Source: Octopus vulgaris
Taxonomy: Eukaryota
Assembly: GCA_951406725.2 (NCBI GenBank)
Contig: OX597823.1
Span: 100,626,001-100,690,000, forward strand
Length of the DNA: 64,000 bases
Direction: 5' to 3'
The translations under genes and the position numbers were made by a program. The notes under the pieces are model-generated. The model worked only from the letters and a program-made list of their open reading frames with translations. It did no database searches and was not told the origin of the DNA. Shown here piece after piece: positions 27,380-41,777 of the stretch. How positions within the stretch are numbered: the stretch's first letter is position 1; each line of letters starts with the position of its first letter.

Positions 27380-27600
27380 AACAAGGCTGGTTGATTGACA
27401 CATTGTCATCTTTTAATGGTGTCTGTGTGATGATCATGTCTGGTATGTGTGACATACCAGACAATCCCTAGTTTCAGCTCTATATCTTTGTTGATGTTGG
27501 GTCACCATGTTTTACTTCTTAGAAGTTGCTTTGCTTCTTGTCTTCCATCCCAAACATGAGATTCCTTTTGTTAAACATATATATATATCTACACCCTTCA
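27380..27600 (-). mobile_element. Highly decayed gypsy-like integrase zinc-binding region
   Basis: Minus strand reads KAKQLLRSKTW*PNINKDIE followed by a CLVC motif, like the HHCC-region consensus WWPxxxxDIExxxxxCxxC. True extent unclear. Confidence 0.5.
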
Positions 27601-28231
27601 TAGAACGATACTCTATTTTTCTATAAGCTATTGTTTTATAGGCAAATACATTCTAACAGCTAAGTTTTTTTCCATTTACTAGTTTGCAGCGCTTCTGTTA
27701 TGGCTGGAGTAGGTGAGTCTCAATTTGTAATTTGATGTATCGTATAACTTCATGGCTTCAGGAATTACATTTGTAATTACTAAGTTGACAGATCATTCAC
27801 AATGGCCATCCTAATCAAAATACTTGCTGCTATCGGTAATTAGATGCAGATGTGGTTGTGTGGTTCACAAGTTTGTTTTCTAAATACATGACACCAGGTT
27901 CAGTCCCGCAGCATAGCACCTTGGGTAAGTGTCTTCTATTACGGACCTAGTCTGACCAAAGCCTTGTGTGGCTGGCAGAAACTAAGAGCAAGAAGCCCAT
28001 CATGTGTGTGTGCAGACGAGTGTGTATAATGTCCCCTTACTGTGACAACATGTGATAAGTGTAAGGAGCACCACCATCATGCAAGTCGGGCCCATTTCCA
28101 ATCTTTCATGAAAATGTCTGGCCATAGGGAAGTATGCTTGGAAACAGGTGAGGGTTGGATATACGAAGGGCATCTAGCCATAAAAAATTTGCCTCAACAA
28201 ATTCCACCTGACCATTGGAGCATGGAAAAGT

Positions 28232-28600
28232 CATCATCATCATCATTTAACATCCGTTGTCCATGCTGGCATGGGTTGGAAGGTTTGACTGCATTGGCAA
28301 GCTGGAAGGCTGCACAAAACTCAAGTCTGATTTGGTATGGTTTTCTATGGCTGGATGCCCTTCCTAACGCCAACCACTCCAAGAGTGTAATAGGTGCTTT
28401 TATGTGCCACTGGCACGGGTGCCATTTGTATGACACCGGGATGCGTTTACATGACACCAGTATCTGCCATGACTGTGATTTTGCTCAGCTTGATGGCTCT
28501 TCTCAAGCATGACATAATGCCAAAGGTCTTGGTCATTGTCTCTTTGAGGCCCAACACTCAAAAGGAACTTGGCCACCTCACCTCCATGAGGCCCGGACAT
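28232..28600 (-). repeat. RTE-3'UTR-related repeat
   Basis: catcatcatcatttaacatccg..ccatgctggcatgggttgg..gatgcccttcctaacgccaaccactcc. Confidence 0.8.
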
Positions 28601-28679
28601 TGAAATGATAATGATGCTACACTGTCCTTTGGTTTACACTTTCACACTATTTTGGCTTGCATCCAATTTTTATATCTTT

Positions 28680-28985
28680 TATTCTTTTACTTGTTTCAGC
28701 CATTTGACTGCGGCCATGCTGGAGCATTGCTTTGAAGAATTTTAGTCAAACACATCAAACCCCTAGTACTTATTTTTCCTAAAGCCAGGTACTCAATGTA
28801 TCAGTCTCATCTGCTGAACTACTAAGTTATGGAGATACATACACACCAACATCAATTGTCAAGCGGTGTGTGTGTGAGGGGACAAACACACGCACACATA
28901 TGTACAATGGACTTCTTTCAGTTTAGTAAAAGACACTTGTCCAAGGTGCCACAGTGGGATTGAGCCTGGAAGCAAACTTCTTAAA
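28680..28985 (-). mobile_element. tRNA-derived SINE, deleted and diverged
   Basis: tcttttacttgtttcagccatttgactgcggccatgctggagca tail and aagacacttgtccaaggtgccacagtggga body. Confidence 0.75.
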
Positions 28986-29250
28986 GTCATTTCCTCATTT
29001 CTGTTTTCCTTCCACTTCATTTCTTTGAAATTGAGGTAGAACACATTCGAAAGTAACAGAATTAGAACAGTCATCTGTTTTTATATTTTGTTAAAAATAT
29101 TGAATAACATTAGAACTTCAAGTGTCGAGGAAGTTTATTTCTCTTGAAATTAAAATTAATTTAACTTCAAAAAAGGGAATGGTTCGACAGAAAGAGCAAA
29201 GGAGTTTAACAGGAACTAAGGAACTGTTATAATAAAAAAACCCAGTTATA

Positions 29251-30513
29251 AGTGGATAAGGAAGAAAGAAGATATCCTCAAATCAGAGATCTGACACAAA
29301 TTCTTGCAACAGAAAGGCCTCTGCTAAAGATACCCAATGTGCCATGCGGTAGTGTTAAAGCAACTGACACATTAGTCCTCTACCCAAATAAGTCCATTCA
29401 TTGAAAAGCCTGGTTCTATGAAGTTGTTGAAGGTGAACATCTTAAAGCTAGGCTCAGGTTTACATGGGTAACACTCAGTGAAAATCTCAAGTGTCCTCAA
29501 CAATCCTCAAGTTTAGTTAGCCAAGAAGTTCATTGCACTAATGGAAACCAGCTAAATCTAGTAGAAAACCAGTAATTAAGCACTCTGAATTGATTGCAGG
29601 AAGCTTAGTTATGAAGGTGTTTCTAGAAGGAAAATTGTTGAGAAACTGGAAGGCAGGATGTGTGGGTTATAAAGTGATAAGCTTAGAGAAATGAACTTCA
29701 GATGATGTTTGAAGGGAAAGAAGGGGAGGGGAAAGAGATAGGGCATAATTGGAGAGAAAATGTTAGCAGGAATGAGAGGGAAATGGAAACAATAGGGGAA
29801 AAACAGAAAATGATGGGAGGGGAGGGGGCGTTTATAGTGAGATGGTGGTGGGGTAGAGTGTGAGAGGATGAATAAAAGAGAAAAATATCTGAAAAGGTTC
29901 ACAGAAATTTAGTGTTTCACAAATTGTCATATGTATAATTAACTCCTCTCATTAATAAATGGTTGAATTAAATAATTCTCTTCCTCACCATTTTATTATA
30001 TTCCTGTATTTCCAATAAATGATGTTGTCACTGCTGTTGTAGTATATATATATATATATATATATATATTCATTTCTCTAAGCTTATCACTTTATAACCC
30101 ACACATCCTGCCTTCCAGTTTCTCAACAATTTTCCTTCTAGAAACACCTTCATAACTAAGCTTCCTGCAATCAATTCAGAGTGCTTAATTACTGGTTTTC
30201 TACTGGATTTAGCTGGTTTCCATTAGTGCAATGAACTTCTTGGCTAACTAAACTTGAGGATTGTTGAGGACACTTGAGATTTTCACTGAGTGTTACCCAT
30301 GTAAACCTGAGCCTAGCTTTAAGATGTTCACCTTCAACAACTTCATAGAACCAGGCTTTTCAATGAATGGACTTATTTGGGTAGAGGACTAATGTGTCAG
30401 TTGCTTTAACACTACCGCATGGCACATTGGGTATCTTTAGCAGAGGCCTTTCTGTTGCAAGAATTTGTGTCAGATCTCTGATTTGAGGATATCTTCTTTC
30501 TTCCTTATCCACT
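29251..30513. repeat. 445-bp inverted repeat with 373-bp spacer
   Basis: 29251-29695 is the reverse complement of 30069-30513 (one mismatch noticed); the right arm starts directly after a (TA)n tract. Confidence 0.95.
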
Positions 30514-30667
30514 ACTCTCAGATGTCTTGTAAATGGTCATGAGCATTGCTATCTCCTTAGTATAATAACAAAAAAAGGGAATAATAGAGATACCAACATG
30601 CATATACATACAAACACAGATATGTCCACCATATGGAAAAAAAACAACAACATTGCATACATCCAGA

Positions 30668-31090
30668 GGCATGGCTGTATGGATAAGAAGTTTGCTTCTA
30701 AACCACGTGGTTTTGGGTTCAGTCCCATTGTATGACACCTTGGGTAAGTGTCTACTATAGCCCTAGGCTAACCAAAGCCTTGAGCATGGATTTGATATAT
30801 GAAAACTGAAAGAAGCTCATCGTGTATGTGTGTGTGTGTGTTACTGTCTCCTTGTCTTGATATAATGTGACTGTCATAAATAAGTGTCACTGCCATACAA
30901 GCAGAGTACTTCATCACCAATATTCTATAAAAAAAAAACTGGTGGTGGAGAAATATTATCTTACTTGAAAACAGGTGAGGATTGATGAAAGAAAAGGAAT
31001 CTGGCAAAAAACAAACAAAAAAATCTACCCCAACAAGATCTGACTAAACTATGTGAACAGAAGAAAAGTAGAAGTTTAAACAATGATGAT
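30668..31090 (+). mobile_element. tRNA-derived SINE with alternative 3' part
   Basis: ggcatggctgtatggataagaag..gggttcagtccc head; 3' part with ggaaacaggtgagg and (GAT) tail; similar to 27845-28245. Confidence 0.7.
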
Positions 31091-31543
31091 CACAACTTTA
31101 CACATCCATAGATTTACACACACATACACACACACTCAATTATTATTACATATGCTAAAGGGTAGGAGAATTCAAGTTGTATCTTGAAAGAAGCCTTGGT
31201 AGCTTTTCCTTTTGAAGGATTGTCCTGAAGCCAAAAGCTATTTGCAATAAAATGGCAAACCACTAATTTGCAACCTTTTATTTAAAAAATAAAAAATAAT
31301 ACTAACATAGAAATAGTTTAAAACTTGCCCATAACCCTTTTATCGTTCCACTTAAACCTGCTCCTGATTCTATAATACAAACTTACTGTTTCAAAATGAT
31401 CTCAACCTTTAATCAAAATTTTTTATGTTCCAAACACCAGCTTAATGAAGACAAAGTAATTTTATTAAATTCTTATTTTAAAAATTAATCGAAAGGCAAT
31501 TTATTTCAAAAGAAATATTGTAAAAGGGTTTTTTTTTTATTAC

Positions 31544-31587
31544 CTCTGCATGCCACACCGATCGTTCTTCTGCTGTCAGAAATATTT
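31544..31587 (-). CDS. Candidate 44-nt exon of the same minus-strand gene
   Basis: ctctgtttcgtag|AA ATA TTT CTG ACA GCA GAA GAA CGA TCG GTG TGG CAT GCA GAG|gtaat; unique sequence retaining CpGs; ends in phase 0, compatible with exon 14587-14666. Confidence 0.4.
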
Positions 31588-33899
31588 CTACGAAACAGAG
31601 CTCCTCTCATGTTTTAGAATGTAATGTCTCTTGTCATTAGATATAATTAATCCTGGCTAGCACTCCTTGTTGCTCTGCTCTATTTACTGCATATCTGGAT
31701 TCCATCTGATTCAGGTTTCAACTATCAAACAATCACTCTCCACAACCAATACTTCATCATTTCAACTCCCAGTGCCCCCCCCCCGCCCCCATATTTACAC
31801 CACTCTGACACACCCATTAAGATTTCTTAATGTCATTTCATTATTTGTTGCTATCATTCACGGATGCACGCCACCTAAACATGTTACTATCTTCAACAAT
31901 TTTTTACCCTGATTCCCACATATCCTAGTGGTAGCTTTTATTCAGGGACCAAACAATATTACAGAAGCAAAATGTTCCCCCATCATGTTGGTATCTCAAA
32001 CAATGATGTCGCCAATGATGATAACAGTGGTGATAATGACCACCACCACCACCATGGTCAACAACAAACCGTTTTAAGGCCATTTTCCCTGTAAACCTCC
32101 TGTTACCATATTTTTGTTGAAATACTCTGCCTTTGTTTCAATTAATTTTGAAAATCATGAAAAATTTAGTTATTCTTAAGCTGCTGTTTGAAGCTTAAAT
32201 TAATATAAATTAAGATGAAAATTTGATGGAAGATTTGAATTCATATCACTTTAAAACAGGAAGTGTTATATCCTAAAACTGGAGGTAATCTCAGGTAGGT
32301 TGGCATCAAAACGATTGACGTGAGAGTTAACTTTGTGAGGCCCATGGCAGTCATCATAGTTCCTGTTTTAACCCTTTTAGCATTCAGATTACTCTCGCAA
32401 ATGTAATCTTTATTTATTCATGAGATTTTCACAATGTGACTGCTTATCTTTAGAATGACATTGTACGATAGATGTGAGAGGCCAGATCTGGCCAGTTTCA
32501 ACATAAAACTGGTAAAATATTTAAGCTGGATATGGCCACTTAGGACACTAAAGGGTTAAGGCAGTATTTTATGACCAGATGCACTTCCTGTTGCTAACCT
32601 TTTTATAAAATGCAAAAGATACAATATACCTGTTGAAAACTTTAAAATCTTTACAACCAGAAGAATATGTGCCTACAGGACAGCTACTTCTTTCCAGTTT
32701 CTCTGTTAAGCAAATAAGAAATTTCTCTTGTCTTAAGGCATATGAAATGCTGGCACCTGTTCCTCAGTTACTTTCACAGTCATCATCATCATCATAATGT
32801 CCTCTTTTCTATAGCTGAATGGGTCAGATGAGTGTTGTTGAAGCAGATCTTTCCATGGTTGAATGCTTTTCCCGTCACCAACTCTCACATGTTTTTAAGT
32901 TAGGTAATATTTCCCCTTGTCCTTCAAAGAGCAAACAGCCCCAAGGTTGGACATGCATTAAAGGATGGATTGTCTTTTTGGCCCCACAAGGCATAAGCTG
33001 AGTAGATGTGGGTGGGCGGTTAGCAAAATCGCATGGGAAAGTGTGAATGAAGGGTGGTGAGGCAGAGTGCAAAATGTAGTTTTATACTTAATATTGTGTG
33101 CTGGGCAGGATTTTAAACTTCATCCAGTGGTGGGGCTCCAGCTTGGGGAGAATAAAATTATCTCCTAGTTACTTCTATTCACAGATCTGCCCTGGTTCAG
33201 GGTAGCCCTATCTGTCAAATAACAGATAGTCTTGTGGTAGATGTATACTATGCTCAGAGGAAGGGTTGACTCTTAAACATGGGTCACATAATCTCAGCAG
33301 TGTGTGGACATGTCCTGACTTCACATGAACCAGTTCTCATGTATAAGGATTAAAAAGACCTTGTGCCTTAAGGATAAGTTTGGGGAAACAGGATATAAGC
33401 AAACTGTTGCTTCATTTCCCAAGAAAAATCATGAATCTTCAGACTTTGGCAATCATAGAACTTCAAAGTCATATACTTTACCTGTCTAAGTAATTTTACT
33501 GAGGAGCTAGCTAAATCGTGAATATACATATTAAATTAAGGTTTTGGCCAACCAATGTCAGCATGGAAAGTGGACATCCAATGATAAGGTTGTTATTTTA
33601 AAGGGAGTCTAAAATAACAAGGGAACATTTACTGATGAGGAGGGGATTCAATACTGAAAGAACAAATAAGCCATCAAGGGAAACCTTAATGCTACAGTCA
33701 ATACAAATATTAATAGCATGTCAGAAGGGATCCACCCATTACAAAAGAAAAAACCCCCAGAAATATAGAGTATTCCATGTTGAAATAGTTCAATTTTACT
33801 TCTTAGAGTTGTGGAAAGTCAATATTTTTAGTTCTCTGTTTTACAACTTACATTTTCATATAACATACAACAAAATAACAAGAAAGGATTCCCAAAATT

Positions 33900-35030
33900 A
33901 AGGAGGAGCAATCACATGCAGTGATTCAGGCACCATTCACACAATCCCAGACTACTCTGATACACAAAGGTCTTCCAGTTCTTGTTACCAAGCCTTATTT
34001 ATCCATGTCATCTTTACCTTTACCAATATCTTCAAAATGGAAAAGCTCTAACTGGAAACCTTTCAACTGTGTCCACTACACAACTTCCTTTAACATAAAA
34101 AAAAAATCAGACAGACTACCTGTTCTTCCTTGCCAAAGGAGAGCACAGTGTTGGTCTTCATGAGAGATTCAGCTGATGGTCAAATCTCTCCATATAAAAG
34201 CTGTTCAACATAAACTCACAAATCACCAATGAACAGACACTTAAAAAGTGTGCCAGACAGTTTCATCACCCTATTCGGCATCTAATATGGAGTCACTTAC
34301 CAGTGGCACCAACATGTCCGTGCCACAGAGTTTATTTCAAAATGACCAAAACTCACCCCAAAGTACTGCTAGGACTTTTGGATATTGTCCATAATCCCTG
34401 ACCTGAAAGTCTTCTAAACAAGAGTACACAGACTGTCCTTGTCAAGATCTAGAATTAATTCTAGGCCATTGTTATTTATATCATCCACTAATCTTTTGTA
34501 GAATGCAAGGGTTGACCTTCCATTGACCAGACGGCCCAAGTAGAGTGCTGGGAGTGCTTGGCAACATTCTAGATGCCAAATGACATAAGTCATCTAACTT
34601 GATCCAAAATTGCAGCTTTTTAGTTGAAGAGTCATCAAGAAATCTCTGGAACCGTATCAAACTCACCATATGTTTTGTGCATCATCAGCTACAGTCTCCT
34701 GAAACTCCCTTGCAGTGGATGTTGGCAGCAGAGAGACCTGACCAGTAGAACTTGTCCCTTTTACAAGAAGCAAAGTTGCACATACTCCCATTCAGTCAGA
34801 TGATTTCTTGAACATGGCACAATGGTCAGGAAGTAGTAGTAGACCCCTGAAGTGATATTGAGGTTAGCTACTTCCACTTGCCAAGGACATCTTCCTCAAA
34901 GTCCATTTCTGAGTAAGACTGGTCATCATGTTTATGACTGCTTCCTAGTTTTTTGCATGAAGTGGAAGTTTCTAGAGATCAGTTTAGTGCATCTCTAACC
35001 AAACAACTGACATTTGCCTTGAAGGACTGC
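33900..35030 (-). mobile_element. Possible very old Tx1/L1-like LINE remnant
   Basis: ORF 34481..34669 contains GPSGQWKVNPCIL, similar to the post-endonuclease GxGxWKLNxxLL motif. Little else recognisable. Confidence 0.3.
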
Positions 35031-37116
35031 AGGAATAATGGTCTTCTAAGGGTTAACAAGTATAAATAAAGCAAAAATTAGTAGGTTATAACCTGGGCAT
35101 AAATTAGGTTTAAAATGATAAAAGAATGAAACAGATGTCTAATTTATATTAACATATTGTTCATACAAATATCATTAACATATTGTTTTGTTTATTAAAA
35201 AGGTCAGTTTTCATGATCAAGCAACAAAGTCAAGTAATGCTTTATATCAGCAGGTTAAAAGTAATTTGTCATTTTGGAATTATAGCTGCATGAAGAGTGG
35301 AACTTGGCTTAAGAAACTTAATAGTTATGGAGTTGCTTTCAAAACACAATACAGGTAGTTACTCTAGAACCCAAAAGAGCTCATAATAATTAGTGCTCAG
35401 CCTATTTTGTAGACTTAAAGTGAATGAGGAATAAACCTTACAGTACATAGGATGGCTGTCAGGCTGTTTGAGGTAACATTCTCAGAAGAGATAATATCAA
35501 TTTCTGGCAACAAGATGAACTGAGGCACAACTTATTATGTTGTCTGTATAAATATGTAAGGGCCTCTGTTGGTCAATGTTGACTGTGTACCTGTAGATAC
35601 ATGTGCAGGAATGGACAAGATTTCTTTTAGGAAGACTGGCAGTTATACTGCATGCAAGTCTTTCCTCTCCACAAAGCCGTTTTTTATTCAAGGGAAAGGC
35701 TGCCAACTTGGGTTGCTACATGTTGGCAATAGATGTGTAAAAATTAACACTTCCTTTCTCCAACCTTAGATTTGAAACCGAATCTAAAGATTCTCACTTG
35801 TTTGAGCCACCACTGACCAAACAGGCGCAAAAGAAATTCGTCCTGTCATAAAAAATTGATCGATTGTCTCCCTTCCACCTCCGACCTCACCCATGTCAGG
35901 TGAAGGTCAAATGGAGATTTAGGCACAATCTCTCCTGTGGTATGTCTGTCCTTCTAGCTGCCATGGCTGGTTATAAATACAGTAATCAGCAAAGGGGACA
36001 GACAGAAAGGATCTGGGATGCAGAGACACACATAGCCGACCAGTATTTTCTCAGATGAACAACACATACTGACACAAAACATATTCATTTCTACATCATA
36101 TCCACAGATGTATCCTGTTGTTTTCCTTCTCCAGCTCAAAGCAGTTAGCAACAAATTGATGTAGACAAAAATTGTGTATACCAACAGAAAACGCAAGTCC
36201 CATAAAGATATTATTTAAACTATAAATCGATGTCATTCCATTTTGGAAGGCATCCACATGCCTATCGCATCTGTTCGCCTCAACACCTGATACACACCTT
36301 TTCCACCACAGATATATTACAAGCATTGCTGTCAGAATGCAGAGAGCTGATACAGATATCACAAGTCATCTTGCCCAACTTTCTAATAGTTCTACCAATC
36401 CACTTGGTTGGTAGTCTTTTTATAATCAACCCCCAAAAGAATGAAAGGAAAAACTGACCTTGGCAAGATCTGAACTTAGAACAAATATCATGAGACTATT
36501 CTATTGAATGCTCTAATCACTGCCAAGTTGTCACATTCCAAATAAATAAATTTTATTTTGGTGGATTTAAATACAAATTATATAAGCAGGTAAGTCACTG
36601 ATCCAATCATTTTGCTTCTTTACAAAAGATAGTTGTGGGACAGCTGCTTGAAAAGGCCAAAAGCTCAAACCAGAAGACATAGTTCACTGATAACTTCAAG
36701 CAACTTAGTTGAAACATTATACAAAGGAAGCGGTTAGGGTTAATATTTGAAGTTAACATTATACAAGAGTTAGTTGGTGTTAGAAAGGACATCATATGTG
36801 AAGTTTGTAAAAATGACTAAATTACAGAACCACTTTGATCCTGCTCATATACAATGGCATGAGGTGCTGTGAAGAACAGATGACTCATAGAACTGACAGA
36901 GTCAACTTTTAGATTTGAGTAAATTTATACTACATGTATTGAATATGTTTTTCTCTAGTCTGGAAATCCAAATGTATACACATGAGACTTCCCCTGGTTG
37001 GCCTTGAGCTATGGTAGAAGATAGCTGAGGTGTCACAGAGTGGGACTGAACCCCAAACCAGACAGACTGGTTACTGACAAATGAAAAAAAAAAGAGCTTT
37101 TAAAGAGGCCCGGATA

Positions 37117-37610
37117 TCATCATCATCATAATCACTTAACATTTGATTTCCAAGCTGGCATGAGTTGGGTGGTTTGACAGGAGCTGGCCAGGTTCCATGT
37201 CTGTTTTGGTATGGTTTCTATGGCTAGATGCCCTTCCTAACAATAACCATTTTATAGATTGTGCTTTTACACAGCACCAGCATTGATGCATTTACATGGT
37301 ACTGGCACGAATGCTTTACATGTGGCACCAGTACCCACAAGCCCACAAGATTAGGAATGCAGGAGACATAATTGCATGCAAGAACAACCATGTTTTTACT
37401 AAGCAAACTGCCAGGAGACTCAGTCCCCTGTCATCCCCTCTGTGAGTCCCAACATCTGTAGATCCTTTCTCACCACTTTGTCCATCTTTCTGGGTCTACC
37501 CCTTCCCACATGTTCCCTCTACAATTAGAGATCAGCACCTCTTGATGTGTCTTCATTCATACACATTACATGATTGTACCAGCACAGTCTTCTCTCTTGC
37601 AAACTATGTT
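37117..37610 (-). mobile_element. Decayed RTE 3' end with 3' UTR
   Basis: (CAT)n tail, ggctagatgcccttccta motif and remnant of GRGRPRK (tctgggtctacccctt). Confidence 0.7.
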
Positions 37611-38448
37611 TAATTCATTTTCGTTTTTGCAATTCTTACATGCTCTCCATACAGTGTAGTTTGGATGATCTTGAAAATGTAGAGATATTTGTTTAAATAA
37701 TCATCACAAGGGTTCCACATCTCCCCACCACCATTGTTAAGCTGTCATATATCTTCACAAATCAATAGATTTTCTCTGATAATGACTTGTTTGTTTCATT
37801 AATCATTGATCTCACTATAATTAGAGAAAGAGAGTGAACAGCTGTTGTTTCTATAGGAAACGTTTGTGTACCAGATGGATTAAACAATCCAATGGGGGAG
37901 TACCTTTTGAACTGCTAGAAATAACAGTCAAATTTCCTCCAAATCACATCATATTGTCTTAGAAAATAAGAAAAGCAAGGACACATTGGATAATGTAATC
38001 TTAGATACACTCTTCTAATATAATAAATGCAAAAACTAGTTTCTGCATGTCTGTGTGTCATACTTAGACCACCTCCCTTCACTATTCAATGACACTCTTA
38101 CTATTCCTCATGATGGGGTGAGAGTAATAGTAGGCATAGAGACAGTGAGGGTGGTGGCGAAGAGAGAGAGAGAGGGGAAGAGAAAGAGAGACAAAGAAAT
38201 TTAAGGGAGAGTTGATGATGTTTTATTCAAAGTAGTAGTGTTGATGGTGGCAGTGGGAGTAATAATAAGAGAGAGAGAAAGAGGAAGATGATGTACAACT
38301 TTGTTTAACCATGTCTCCTTGATAGAAATTCCTGTTGCTAACATTCTGAACACTCATTTTTATTTTATTTTTTGCTTTCTTTAATACATACACACACATA
38401 TATAAAATAGACTTTAAATGAAATACAGTTTCCCCAAAATCAAACATA

Positions 38449-38760
38449 TCTAATATAATAAATGTGAATGTCAGTGTGTGTCACTTTTTCACCTCATAGC
38501 CCAACATATGCCATTTTGGAATTAGGCTGACTCTGTGAGTAAATTAGAAACATTCCAGGCCGAATCTGCACCTGCAATCCTGAAATTTTGGATTCCTGTG
38601 TTTTCAGAACTGCAAATGTTTTTGGTAATTTTTTTACATGATTTTTGCAACAAATATGAACATCATTGAGATATGACTCTGGAGGAAGCAATGCAACAAA
38701 TTTTCCAAAAGAAGTCAAAGATCTGTTTGCAGATCTTCCCATTCAAAAGCTATATACTAG
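38449..38760 (+). mobile_element. Possible short non-autonomous Helitron
   Basis: a|TCTAATATAATAAATG start (similar start at ~38015), hairpin agatctgtttgcagatct, CTAG|t at 38757-38760. Confidence 0.4.
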
Positions 38761-41700
38761 TTTAAAAGCCGCCTGATAAGAAATAAGATGGTCATGACTG
38801 GAATGTTTTTGATCATAGGTCAGCTCTATTTGTGTTAACTTGGTGTTTAACAACAATAAATAAGACAAGTTATAGAGAGGCAAAAAACATTTACATATAA
38901 AAACTCATAGCCTTTAAGAAATATTCTAAAAGATATTGGTTCCTCAGATAAGGATACAACTCCTATTCAAATAAGCTTGCCATTTCTCATTTTCCTACAT
39001 TTCACCCACCACCACTCACCAAAACCCAATGCTACACATTTTCTACAGTCTTTACCCTTTCTGGCAATATGCACTCTTTGATAAGTCACCCCCTGTCCCT
39101 GTTTACTCTTCAACAGTTAACCTAGTTCCTACTAAACATCAACAGCACTGACTTCTCTAAATTATTCACAAAACATTCCAGTTTAAAACTTTTGTTACCA
39201 TATTTCTGTTGAAATATACTATCTTAGTTCCAACTAATTCTGAAAGTTAGTAAAATAACACAGTTGTTATTAAACTGGACTTTGAAACAAATTAACTTGG
39301 AATTTTCATAGATTTTAATTTAGATCACTTTAGACAGGAAAATTATATCACAGGGGATCCTAAGGACAGTTGGCATTGAAAGAATAAAGGTAACCAAAAA
39401 TACAAGAATATCAGCATTCCTTACATATGAAGGCAACATCTATTTTATTACCATCATTTTAAGGCCTACATTTCAAAGCTTGCATAGGTCAGATGGAATT
39501 CATTAAGGCAGATTTTCTATAGTTAAATGCCTTTTCTGTCAGCAATTGTCACCAATTTCCAAGAAAAGAATTATTTCCCCATAGCCAAACGTCTTTCACA
39601 GAAGATTGGAAACAAACACCACCACTTGTATGACAGTGACATTCATTTGCAACCACCAGTGATGTCAAGACAAGGCTGTGTGCTCACATAGACAAAAGCC
39701 ATCTTTTAAATACACTCACAAGGCTTTGGCCAGCCTTGGGCTGTAGCAGAAGGCATTTGCTCAAGGTGTTGCACAATGAAACTGAACCCAAAACCACATG
39801 TCTGGGAAGCAAGCCTCTCAGCCACACAACCATGTGTGTGTGTACATGAGTGAGTACGTATTCCCTTTCTCTCGACCCATATGTGCTGGCTGTAAACAAT
39901 GAGTCACCATTTATCTAAATGAGTCATTTACATTCCTTCACAGCCATGGCCAGACTGTTCAGTTTGTTATTCTAGGGGAAAATATTATTTATTCTTGGCA
40001 ACAGATAAGGGCTGGTGACAAGAAGAGCATCCAGCCATAGAAACCTGTTTCAGCAAAGTTATTGTGTAACCCATATAAGCATGGGAAAAAAGTGGTTAAA
40101 ACCGATGAGGATGATTTGTTATGAAGGCATAAAACCCCAAATTTACAGGAACATTGTTTGTAATATCTCTATACTTTCCAGAAGCAGACATTGGTGCTTG
40201 ATGCAATTCTCACCAGCACCTGTCAAACCATCCAACCCATGCCAGCATGGAAAGCGGACATATAATGATGATGAACTCTAAGTGATGTAAGTGAAACAAG
40301 CCTAGCTAGGAAATAAACATGAGCCACAGATTTGGTTCCCTGACTATCACTACAGTCAGGTACCTTAATCTTTCCAACACACATAACACAAATACTAATT
40401 CACTTGTAACCAATAACCCACTGGCCATCATCGAAGAGAGCAACAGATTTCATTATCAGGGGAGGAATGAATACCATTGAATAACCATGCAGAAAGAGTG
40501 ATGAACGCAATAATGAGGGAGTATGGTGGACAAAGGAGGGCCTATGGGGGAGGGGGACGACAAGAACGATGGTAACTCATTGAGTTAGTGTTGATAATCT
40601 TTTATCTTCTTTTGCTTGTTTTACTAAATGAACTGCGGCACCAACTCGAAGGGGTTTAATTGAACAAATCAATCCCCACTACATTTATTTTTTTAAAATC
40701 TGGTACTTATTCTATCCATCTCTTTTGCTGAACTACTAAGTTAAACAGATATAAATAAACCAACACCATTGCTTCCTCCAGAGTCATATCTCAATGATGT
40801 TCATATTTGTTGCAAACATCATGTAAAAAAATTACCAAAAACATTTGCATCTCATATAATAAATCTCAGTGTGGAGTAATAAAAGTAGTGATGGAAAGAG
40901 AACAACACACCCACACAAGTAAAAGGGAAGAGATAAGACAGACAAAATATTTTACTTCTTGAAGCAGTTCCCAGAACAAGACTTCCATTATGTGCAGCAG
41001 TAAACGAAAGCAATTCTTTATGTCCCTGGAAGAATCAAAACACTCCTTCAGCAAACAGTGACTTCACAGCAATGGAGAAAATAACATGACCTTTTTCTTT
41101 ATCAATGGGTTTTATTCATTTGATTAAATAGATCTGTTTAGAGAAAAACCTGGTCTTTAATCATGCCACAAACTTCTCACTCCTACATCTGGAGTGTATT
41201 CTTTAAAAAGAAAAATTGGCATTCCTCTTACCACCACCACCACTACTATACTGTGTTAATAAATTCCATTCAGTGAAAATTTTGCTCTGGATGGGATCGC
41301 CTAGTGACTTAATACAGCCCTGCTTAGACCTTTTTGATACCAATCTGTCTGAGAGCCCCTGGTACTATGATGCAAACTTCCTGTTTTCAAGTACACCAAA
41401 TTAAAAAAAAACCTTACATTGAAATGTCATGTTAATTAATGTTCCAAACACTAAGTTAATAATGACACAGCTATTTTACTAAATTCTTCATTATTTTCAA
41501 AATTAAATGGAACGAAGATGGTGCTTTTTAACAAAAGTACTAAATAGCACAGTCGACTGTGCCAGGATTTGAACTTAGATAAATGTATTCACTGGATATG
41601 GCAAACTTCACACACTTCTTGAAATAACCTTACTGCGAAATATTATAACTGGGGTGAATAAATTTACAAAATTGTTATCAGATGTAGGTAATATATATCC

Positions 41701-41777
41701 TCTTTTCAATACTAAACCAATTCATTAAAAAAAAACAAGTTTCTCACATCCCCCCCCTCTCTCTAGCATGTGCTATA

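Noticed and set aside
35860-36400. Possible RTE C-terminal relic on the minus strand
   Set aside because: Only faint motif similarity; too decayed to support.
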